Assembly: GCA_010909165.1 (NCBI GenBank)
Contig: MU008192.1
Span: 248,001-312,000 of the forward strand
Length of the DNA: 64,000 nucleotides
Source of the DNA: Anthoceros angustus
Taxonomy: Eukaryota; Plantae; Anthocerotophyta
Reading direction: 5' to 3'
Shown here: positions 51,584 to 61,008 of the stretch, piece by piece
How the letters are laid out: each line of letters begins with the position of its first letter
How positions within the stretch are numbered: position 1 is the stretch's first letter
Notes under the pieces: model-generated
What the model was told of the DNA's origin: nothing
The model's database searches: none
Seen by the model: the letters and a program-made list of their open reading frames with translations, nothing else
Translations under genes and position numbers: made by a program

Positions 51584-52310
51584 TGGTTTGCACCTATATA
51601 TACCGTGTTAGATTTGTTTGCTTGGTTGTTGGTCGAGGAAGTGCTTATATGAATTCAAGTGCTTACCTGCGACGGTGTCATCTTAGTGTGATACTAATCT
51701 CGCACTTGGGTTTAGTGTTTGATTAGCATTAATTAATCTAATTACTTATCTTTAAGTAAGTAATTAGTGTTAATTAATCTAAGTGTGCTTATGTTAATTA
51801 AGCATTGATTAGTGTTAATTAAACATGGTTAGCAATAGCTAAGTGGATAAGCTCAAGTAATATGCTTTGGCATATTCCTTGCATATTATAGTGTATTCTT
51901 AGGATACAATAGCTAAGTGGATAAGCTCAAGTAATATGCTTTGGCATATTCCTTGCATATTATAGTGTATTCTTAGGATATTTCGTATCATGATGCCAAT
52001 AGGATATCTTAGGAATATGCCGATGCAAGTCTATATAGACCCTTCCATTGAGGACAAGCTCGGATCATAGCTTGTCCTCTAGATGCTCTGCATGAGGCGT
52101 TGTGAGGAGGCCAAAGGTATGACTCCGATAGCGATGCGTGAGGAATTTGCGTGTTGTTCTCGTGGGAAGAGTGTGTTTGTGCCACGACGTGGGAGCTACT
52201 CCCTCCTGTCATTATTGGTTTGCATTTATATATCTACGTATTAGATTTGTTTGCTTGGTTGTTGGTCGAGGAAGTGCTTATGTGAATTCAAGTGCTTACC
52301 TCGTGCGACA
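51584..52310 (+). repeat. Putative 3' LTR of Gypsy family B (truncated duplicate at 50678-51230)
   Basis: Follows a GGGGG tract and ends GCGACA. Internal 73-bp tandem repeat, TATA-like TATATAGA, and a 95-bp block repeated at both ends (50678-50772 vs 52216-52310). Confidence 0.65.
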
Positions 52311-52607
52311 TATTCCTCTCTCGCCCTAGGAGAAATATAAACTTGAACTTTCTAAGACATCTTTTAATCACAATAGAAAAAAAGGTTCCTACAAGTCTTG
52401 ACTCTACTATGCATGGAGACACGGATATAACAAGCCTCTTTTTGTCACAAACTATGCTCAAAACTTGAAGTTTTTTTTGTGAAAAGAACTTGATTAAGTA
52501 ACACCGCCAAATAAATGACTCACAATCTTTATATCATGTTCTTTATTTTTCATTTTATGAGTATCATATTGTAATGCATCTACCTACTCCAATAGCTCTC
52601 ACTTAGG

Positions 52608-54814
52608 TTAAGAAGCAACAATCTCCTTCTCCCCTGGGCCACCGTAAATCACCCATATCCTATCATTCTTTGTTTCTGCAACATTATGCGTTGCATCGTA
52701 TATAATAGGATCCATTTTTTGACCAGGTAATGGCCCAAATAGCCCAACTCCATTTAAGAAAACCAAAAGTAATTTATCATCCATGTTCACCATAGTTAAG
52801 TCTCTCATACATGCTCCATCAAAATTTTGGATTGTTGAGCCAAATTTCCCATTTCCCATCTCCAATGGCTTCACCATTTGATCACCTCTCTTGTCACGGA
52901 CAACTTCTCCTCCAAAGTCCAAGACATTCGCAAATTCTGACAATCCACCATCTCCAAATATGGCTTTTGGCCAAATTCCAACTCTTTGGTCGTTTATGCG
53001 CAAGGTCCAATCTCCTGATGCATCCAAGTTTACAGATATTCTGAAAAAACGCTCACCGTTGCTATCTTCATCTTGAAAAGGAGTACCAGGTATCATTGGG
53101 CTCTCATTTGGAATATGAACAAAACCCGGACATTGTAAATTGTAACATCCATCTTTATAATTGTCTGACTGCCATAAGAATAATTTAAAATATAAGAATA
53201 ACAAAATTAACGATCTAAAGATCAAGAATAGAGTTTGAGTGAAGATGTACAAAACCAAATAAATACCGTCCAAAATATAAAAAAATGTGGTTTGTGCTCA
53301 TTCCCCGTACCACGATATAAGTTTGGAAAGACCTATTATGTACACTCATTACAATTTACATTTCTATTACCTTGGTAATATAAGTATGGAAACACTAGTC
53401 TTATTAAAAACACAAAAGTCTTGGTATTTAGTTGAAATGCACAAACTTCTTTAAGATGTAGAAAAAATCTAATATCACTTACATGCCATCCAACTTCGAT
53501 CGTTTGGACTCGTTGACCAAAATTTACCACCCATAATTGTCCCAGTGAAAAATCGTTATAATCGGAAGATCTAACAGGCTGAGGTTGATAAACATTCATT
53601 GATACACTGATTGCTTTAGCTTGCGAATATGCAAGTGAATTCTCTGATAAAACGGACCTAGAAAGTGCATGCTGCCCAAAGTAAAAAATAGTTAGCCAGT
53701 CAATCCAATATTTATTTCTACGAAATTAAGAGTATTATCTAATATAATATTTCTTAAATTCACCTATCCATCGTCGTGTTCGGATATCTAACATTCCCAC
53801 TTTCACTCCACTGAAAACCACTTGATAATATTTTGTACAAAGATACTGATTGTAGAAAACAACTTACCCAACGGTCATATTTCGAGCCGTCTAAATCATT
53901 AACAGATTTGAATCTTGTGTTGTTAAAAACGAAAGGCCTTCGTTTTGCATATCGATATTGTTCTAAATCAATCTCAGGATTCATCACTCGAGCTATAGCA
54001 CCACTTCCTTCAGGACAATGTCCAACCTCCTTTTGAAACAAGCTAGATATAGTCTTGTTTGAGAAACCTTTGGAAAGTGACGAAGTATTATTGCCAAATC
54101 CATTCTTCTGCATAAAATCATTGCATTGAAAATGTCAAAACATGGGTTCAAGACATCTACAATAATCTCATTCTTTTGTAGAGAAGAACTACAATGAAAA
54201 TATTAGAACATGCCTTTAAGGCATTTACAAACATCTTGGGCCAAATATTGAAAGTGTACGTGACATAGGTAATGCAAACCTCAAAATATTCCTTTATAAC
54301 AGGATCTTGGAGACTAAGCTGATCTTCAAATTTTACACAATCGATAATGGTATTATCCGAAAGCTGTATCATAAATATTATCGTCAACAAAGAACATAAA
54401 AGAAAAACTCAAAGGCAGATATCAAATATTATCAACAAAGAACATAAAAGAAAAACTCAAAAGTCAGATTACAAATATTATCGTCAACAAAGAACATAAA
54501 AGAAAAAACTATAAACTTGTATCGCTACCATGGCTCTCATTACTATCATCTAAAAACTTTAAGACGGTTTTAGAAAATAAACTTCTCTCTAACAATAAAA
54601 AATAATTTTGAGCAAATCAAGATGTACCTACTTTATAGGACTTCACAAATGGGCGATTGATGGCATGCATAGGCCTTGGAATTTTCTTAGTAGATGAAAC
54701 GAGTTTCCCTGAACTCTTAAAATTGTTCTCATCATGTGCATGGAAAAATAGAATCAACAACAATGCTGATAATACGACAAACAAAGTAGTGACCGGTGCC
54801 AACCATGATGTCAT
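52608..54814 (-). CDS. Neprosin-family (DUF239) glutamic peptidase, 6 exons, about 440 aa
   Basis: Exons 54814-54632, 54363-54280, 54107-53868, 53671-53483, 53332-53267 and 53168-52608, all with GT-AG phase-0 introns and one open frame. Hydrophobic N-terminus; IIDCV and CPEG activation-peptide motifs; SLGQLW, IEVGWH, GCYNLQCPGFV, FGGEV and MGNG. Confidence 0.9.
54372..54510. repeat. 3 x about 50-bp AT-rich tandem repeat in neprosin intron 1
   Basis: AAATATTATC(GT)CAACAAAGAACATAAAAGAAAAA repeated three times. Confidence 0.85.
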
Positions 54815-55000
54815 AACTGAATTGAAAGATTTTAACACTAGAAATGAAATCCACCTTTCTCTCTCAAAATGAGGACTGTAAAGCTTTGAAGAAGCATACA
54901 TATATAGAGAATCAGTTAAAATATAAAAAATTCAACTCGAAAACAAAAAAAGAATGGAACATATTTATTTCACCTAGAGTTTCTCATAGGTTTCACAGAG

Positions 55001-56826
55001 AACAGCGTCTGTTTAGAAAGGGGTTTCTCCTGTCAAAAGGGGTTTTCGGAAAAATCCCAACCCTATTTCGCCGGAAACTGAAGTTGGTTTGGTTTTTGTT
55101 GGTTTTTGTAGGTGTTCATCCATCGGTTTCGGGCATTCTCGACTCCGGCACCACTTGTCGAGTCATTTACACCGCTGGCGCGCCTTATACTCGAGTTCAT
55201 GGCGATTTAGTCGGTGTGATGAAGGGCCAGTGACCTCATTGTTCCATAATTTCGTCATGTCCATAGTTTATGCATTTTGTGTGGTTTTGTATGTTTTGTA
55301 TATCAGACTAGCGCCGCATAAGCGCGCTAAACAACGCTATGTGCAAACTTGTGCATGCACTGCAAAAGAACGCGAAAAATGATCTTCTAATGGGAAGCAT
55401 GTCCTTTTGGCGGTCGAGGATGCCGAACTCCGACAAAATAACAAGTAGCACATCGGAGGTTCACCTAGACCACTCTTATATACCTATCCTATGCCCTAAT
55501 GCGACGAAGAACACCCTATCCCTTTTTATTCTTTACGGTGTTTAGTCTCTTTCGGTGACCTAAGTTATCATCAAAACATGCCGGGGGCCGGTGGGTGAAC
55601 AAGTGCATGCACCAGAGGCCCGCAAGACAAGTGCATGCACCACGGGCAGGGGCTGGGTGCACACAAGTGCGCACAAGTGCGCACCGAGCAGGGGCCAGTG
55701 CGCGCATAAGTGCGCGCACTGTGGGCAGGATGCGGTGCGCACTTGTGCGCGCACCGGGGCAGGATGCCGGTGCGCGCACCGCGCGCACTGTGGGGCAAGG
55801 ATGCCGGTGCGCGCACCGAGCAGGATGCCGGTGCGCGCATAAGTGCGCACAAGTGCGCACCGGGGCAAGGATGCCGGTGCACACAAGTGCGCACCCAAGG
55901 TCAAGAAGGGCCTGGGAGCATGAACCCAAATGGTTCATGCCTCCTAGTGCATTCCTGCATTTTGTTCATCCAAAGAAAAAAGAGCAAAAAGTCTAAAAAA
56001 ACCCTAAAAACCCCTTAAAAATTACAAAAAAGTCCAGTTTTTGAGGCAAGTGCGCGCACAAGTGCGCGCACTTGCTCTAAAATTTTGACAATTTTTGCAT
56101 TTTTTTGTATTTGTTTTGATATTTTTGTTGTTTTAAAGGGTTCCTTTCGACGTTTTCAACCTTTTTTGTGCAGCACCCTAATGTGGATATGGTCTTATCT
56201 TTACTTAACCCTCATCTTTTTTCTAGTGGTTAAAACTTTGAACTAGGAGTGAGAACCTTTTGCATCTTTTGAATCTTGAGACGTTTGGCGTGGACCCAGC
56301 TCTAAGTGCAGACCATGCCACTCTCATTCTCGCACTAGCCGTGGATCAAGAGCATCAGGCCAAAGAAGATATTATTGTCCCAATGTCTAAGGAACAAAGT
56401 CTTGTAAAATTCTCGGAGCGAGAGTATAGTCATAGGATTGACTAGTATGAATGAAAGGTAGGTGCAAACAAGTTTGCGCACAGAATCTCAAGCCCTAAAA
56501 ACTCTAAATGTTTGTATCGTCCAACACGCAATGATTGCGAGATGTTGGGCTGATTTAGATGTAAGTGCGCATAAGTTTTTGTGCAATTTGTGTCTAGTTT
56601 GAAAAAGCCGAGCGAGAATGGGACTTTAGGTTTTGCCACGTACTTGCAATCTACAATCTCAAATAACGTGTATCAAAACAATTATTCAAAAGGTTGCGGG
56701 TAACATGTCTGAGAGAAATATCAAAAAGCGATTATAGTGCGGATTTTTCAAGTGCAAAAGGGGTCGGCCAAGTCCGGTATTGCAAAAGGGGTTTCAGGAG
56801 AAACCCCTTTCTAAACAGACGCTGTT
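55001..56826. mobile_element. Non-autonomous TIR DNA transposon (1826 bp)
   Basis: Perfect 32-bp TIR AACAGCGTCTGTTTAGAAAGGGGTTTCTCCTG (55001-55032 / 56795-56826), flanked by AGAG on both sides. Internal GTGCGCGCAC-rich array at 55600-55890; no transposase. Confidence 0.88.
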
Positions 56827-57329
56827 AGAGGGTGAAACAAATGTAAAACATGTAATTCGCTGTAAAAAATGGAAAGAGGGTTTTTTATTGAAGTGAAAAA
56901 CCGATAGGAAAAGCCCATCCAAGAGGGGACAACCAAAGGGGACCAGGGGGTTGAGGTGGAGAGGAGCAACTAAGCTCCCTACCTAAAGTCACTTACTGCA
57001 CCCACAATGTCATATGCAGGAAGAATAAACGGTTTGCAAACCACGGAGGTAGAGGAAGATGCGTCACCTACTGTCGCCGCCTTGTGGAGGATCGCCGATG
57101 AGAGCGCCCGTTGAAGTGTAGTGTGATAAGCAGAGATAATTGGTGGGAGTGTGGCACAAGCACGGTAAAGCAGGTGTTTGTGCTTTGGTACAAAGTAGCC
57201 AAGGTGTGATAGCTTTGATAAAGCATAAATAAGAAGACCAAGAAGTGTCAGCGATTGTTGTGGCTATCTCATCGGGTGGTTGAAGTATAGGAGTGAACAG
57301 AGGTAAGCGTGTGGTGTGGTATTGTGGGT

Positions 57330-58783
57330 GCAGAACTCCAACTTGCTGAACATGGACTTGAGGCAGATCACACATGCAAGACATGTTTTCTCTTTTGGTG
57401 CGTAAGTATCAGCCTGGAAAACTTGAACGAACCGAGACCTTTCTGGAACTGCAGGCCTTTTTGCTGTATATGGAATCTCACCATGAAACCTACAGCATTG
57501 AGAAATTTCTGTATGATCACAGGGATCTCTTTGAACTTGCAGGCCAAGGCATGAGCAGACAAACTTTTGTATGGACCAGTTACTGTGAAGGGGCATTTTG
57601 TAAGTTGGAACACCACCTCTTCATGCACTAGGTCTTTGATCATTGGCCCAAGGAAGGATTCCTGGCCTACAGGCAATAGGAAAAACCTGCGGATGTGCAC
57701 AGTTTGAAGGTATGGCTCAACCATTTACATCAGGAAAAAGCAGGACGGTATGGCATCGGCTATCCCAGGGCATTTTATAGATTGTTTGCCTGCCTACGTA
57801 TGGGAATTTTAGAATGCGATGAGCCCACGTTAGAGTGCTGGTACTTGCTCAGCAATAATGTAGGTGACTTCTTGCGTACTCAATGCATTGAGAAACAATA
57901 TTATGTTGATGGGTTGAATGGACGACAGCTTCCCAGGGTCAAGATAGAGCTGGAGAGTGATGAAGAAGAAGAACTGATGGCTCGATATCGGGCCAAGGAG
58001 AGACAACGGTTGGGAAAAGCCCAAGTAGATGAGTATTTTGATCCAGAGGAAAGGTGGGTAGTGGCTCTCTTGGCCACCGCACGAACAAAGTATGAAAAAC
58101 CGTCGGAGCCCCAACTTCTAGACAACATGTTCAAACAATTTTACCGTCGGTTTTACGGGATCTGAGTGTTCAAAGTACTGCCACAACGGACGTAGAAAAT
58201 TGTGGCTGCGACTTTGGCAGGGGGGCCATTTCCGAGCTTAACTTGGAACATTGTCATTTACGGGTTTGCTTTGAGTAGTGTTTGCTACATTTGACTTAGG
58301 GTTAGGCCACTGTTTGTGTCCGCAGCTTTGCAGTACCATGCCCTATGCGCTATGGCGACAACCGGTATGGCATCGGCTATCCGGGCATTTATAGATTGTT
58401 TGCAGCCACGATAAATTTTAGAATCGATGAGCCCGTTAGAGTGCTGGTACTTGCTCAGGAATAATGTAGGTGACTTCTTGCGTACTCAATGCATTGAGAA
58501 ACAATATTATGTTGATGGGTTGAATGGACGACAGCTTCCCAGGGTCAAGATAGAGCTGGAGAGTGATGAAGAAGAAGAACTGATGGCTCGATATCGGGCC
58601 AAGGAGAGACAACGGTTGGGAAAAGCCCAAGTAGATGAGTATTTTGATCCAGAGGAAAGGTGGGTAGTGGCTCTCTTGGCCACCGCACGAACAAAGTATG
58701 AAAAACCGTCGGAGCCCCAACTTCTAGACAACATGTTCAAACAATTTTACCGTCGGTTTCACAGGGATGAGTGTTCAAAGTAA
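57330..58783 (+). pseudogene. Diverged copy of the unknown 5049-6930 ORF (stops, deletion, partial tandem duplicate at 58365-58783)
   Basis: LEADHTCKTCF, RKYQPGKLER.., GYPRAFYRLFACLR, QCIEKQYYVDGLNG, RLGKAQVDEYFDP; TAG stops at about 57629 and 57678. Confidence 0.7.
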
Positions 58784-59414
58784 CGCCACAGGACGTGTAG
58801 AAAATTGTGCGACTTGCGGGGGGCCATTCGAGCTTAACTTGGAACATTGTCATTCTGGGTTTGCTTTGAGTAGTGTTTGCTACATTTGACTTAGGTTAGG
58901 CCACCGTTTGTGTCCGGCTTTGATATTATGCTGTGTATGCATTATCATACGTGACGCCCGTGAAGTGTGCATGTATATGTGGATGGTGTGTATGTCAGTA
59001 TGAGAACATGCACATATGCATGGACACGGTCGATGATGAGCATGTGTATGCTCGCATGAATATGCCCATCTGCGATGTGTGGACAAGGTAGAGCAGTAAG
59101 GGTCAAGTTGTCGGCAACAGGCGCATTAAAAGCCAAGCTGGACGCGTTCACGGCGGGATCACGATCCTTCGTAGGAATCGCGGGCGGCGCCGTACGCCTC
59201 CCAAGATGAGCGCCAGTAATTAAGCAAACGGCGGCGTGGGAAGCGATATCAAAGGCACAATTCAAAGGCAGACGGATTAGCGATGTTTGTTGTTTGTGAG
59301 GAACCATATACAAGGATCCTTTTACGGTGTGAAGCTCTTGGGGGAAACGTCGAAGAACTTGCCTAGAGGAGGTTTCCGTTGATTTTTGGCATTTCCGAGC
59401 TTAACTTGGAACAT

Positions 59415-60004
59415 AGTAACGAGCCTTGCATGAGAAGCATGCAGCCCTGGATCTAGTTAGTAAGTTGTAAGTAGTGGTGGTAAGACTTAGCTTAGGGCTT
59501 AAGGAAGAAAGTCTGCTTTTAACAGTTACTTTGGAAATGATGTAAGCCTCCCTATATAAGGAGATGAGGCTAGCCCTAGAGAATTATCTTGTGATCCTAG
59601 CATGGGGAGCTACACTCTTGAGGATAGGACTTTGGAGCCTAAAGGCCTTGGGAGCCTGGAGTGTGAGCATGTCTAGAAGGATCCTAGCACTTGGGAGCTA
59701 CACTCTTGTGAGGGGATATGGTGCTGAGGCCTTGGGAGCCTAGAGTGTGAGCGTGCTAGAGGAGGCTGTTGAGGAGGAGATCGGGGAGAGCTAAGCTCTA
59801 GCTTAGGCAAAGATGGGGAGCTCTCTCTGATCTCTCATGTATTCTTGTTGACTCTTGCTGGAATAAATAGCAGCGGCAGATAGACTGATTGCGAGTCGTC
59901 CCGTGGAAGGACGGCGGGCTACTTGGAGGCCTAGTGTTAGTGTCTGGTTATGTTTTGTCGCTAACTGCGTGACTGCCCCACCTCGCTGAAAAGGGGGTGT
60001 TACT
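59415..60004. mobile_element. Solo LTR (590 bp) with AGTAAC..GTTACT ends
   Basis: 5-bp TSD AACAT at 59410-59414 and 60005-60009. The empty site GAGCTTAACTTGGAACATTGTC is present at about 58234 and 58829; TATA-like CTATATAAG at about 59553. Confidence 0.88.
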
Positions 60005-60102
60005 AACATTGTCATTTACGGGTTTGCTTTGAGTAGTGTTTGCTACATTTGACTTAGGGTTAGGCCACCGTTTGTGTCCGCAGCTTTGCAGTACCATGCC
60101 CG

Positions 60103-60450
60103 TGAGGAGAGACAACATTTCACAGTTTCAATCCTGTCTACATCAGGGCATTCCACGTCACCATTTCCTTTGTGGCAAAACACCTGGTGTTCATCTACAA
60201 ATTCTGCAATACAAGTCCACCAGGCAGTTGCCCAACAGTACGTTATCCAGCGGTCCTCTTTCCACAATCTGTGAATGCAGCTGCCTGCCCTTCTGTAAGA
60301 CACGAAATCTTGCAAAGGCCTTCAGAAGGCAAGCAAAAGTAACATGGTAAGCCAAAATTACGCATTCTTGCTCCATTTGTCATACAGAACAAGCGCCTTT
60401 TGGTTGAGCCCTTGCTGTGCATACCCAAGCAAATAAACATCCGGGTCATG
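60103..60450 (-). pseudogene. PPR repeat fragment
   Basis: HVTFACLLKAF..GRQLHSQIVERG..GNCLVDLY; truncated at both ends. Confidence 0.8.
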
Positions 60451-60479
60451 CCGGAAGCCACTGCCCTCTTTGGCGTAAA

Positions 60480-60990
60480 TGGTCTTTACAGGCAGAGCAT
60501 TGATAAAACAACAATGGTGGCCAATTGTTTGGGCTGGCACATTGTGGCACCTATGGGTGCACTGGACACGTCATAGGCAAACTAGTACGTCAGATACGAG
60601 AATCGGTGTTTCCCAGTGCGGCCGTAGGCCACAAGGCCCCAGTTGCTTGTACAAGATGAATGGAAGCCCATGGGGTTATGAACACCTAAGGCAGGAACAG
60701 CTGAATGCTTACACAACCCAGGACGAACTCCAGGCTATGGGGATGGATGCTTCCCACGGATGAGGATGCCCTCATCCGGAGTCTTCTGCCCAAGGTCTCA
60801 CATGGTTCACACACTCTCATGCCATATACATGTTCTTTAGTTGATTGGTTGGTGACACTGACTGCTCTTGATAAGGCATCCCTCTCAGAGGTGTCACGTT
60901 CTCCTTCGCCTGGACTGCTTTATGCGGACCTCTGTTCAGCCCAACTTGCTGGGTTCTCATGTATATATTATAAATAAAAATCCTAGATCT
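60480..60990 (+). mobile_element. Possible LINE ORF2 3' remnant
   Basis: WWPIVWAGTLWHLWVHW resembles the Trp-rich C-terminus of L1-type ORF2; the region ends in an A-rich tract. Weak evidence. Confidence 0.3.
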
Positions 60991-61008
60991 TTGCCTTAAA
61001 AAACAATC

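Larger units (their letters stand above)
44770..52310 (+). mobile_element. Ty3/Gypsy family B: PR - C5 DNA methyltransferase - RT - RNase H - integrase - PHD - 3' LTR; gag and 5' LTR absent; 3' end duplicated
   Basis: VLIDTGA (44968); MTase motifs 45663-46560; RMCGDYRPLN, PFGLK, YIDD (47290); RNase H; HEGLGHF..WSVDL..DGLAE; PHD 50473-50613 and 51386-51522. Heavily frameshifted. Confidence 0.92.

Noticed and set aside
53365-53400. Alternative neprosin exon (VFPYLYYQG) resembling exon 5
   Set aside because: The acceptor is out of phase and the segment lacks the conserved F.FWT end; at most a decayed exon-start duplicate.
55560-56018. Cys/Ala/Arg-rich repeat proteins
   Set aside because: Translations of the GTGCGCGCAC minisatellite inside a TIR element; open in many frames.
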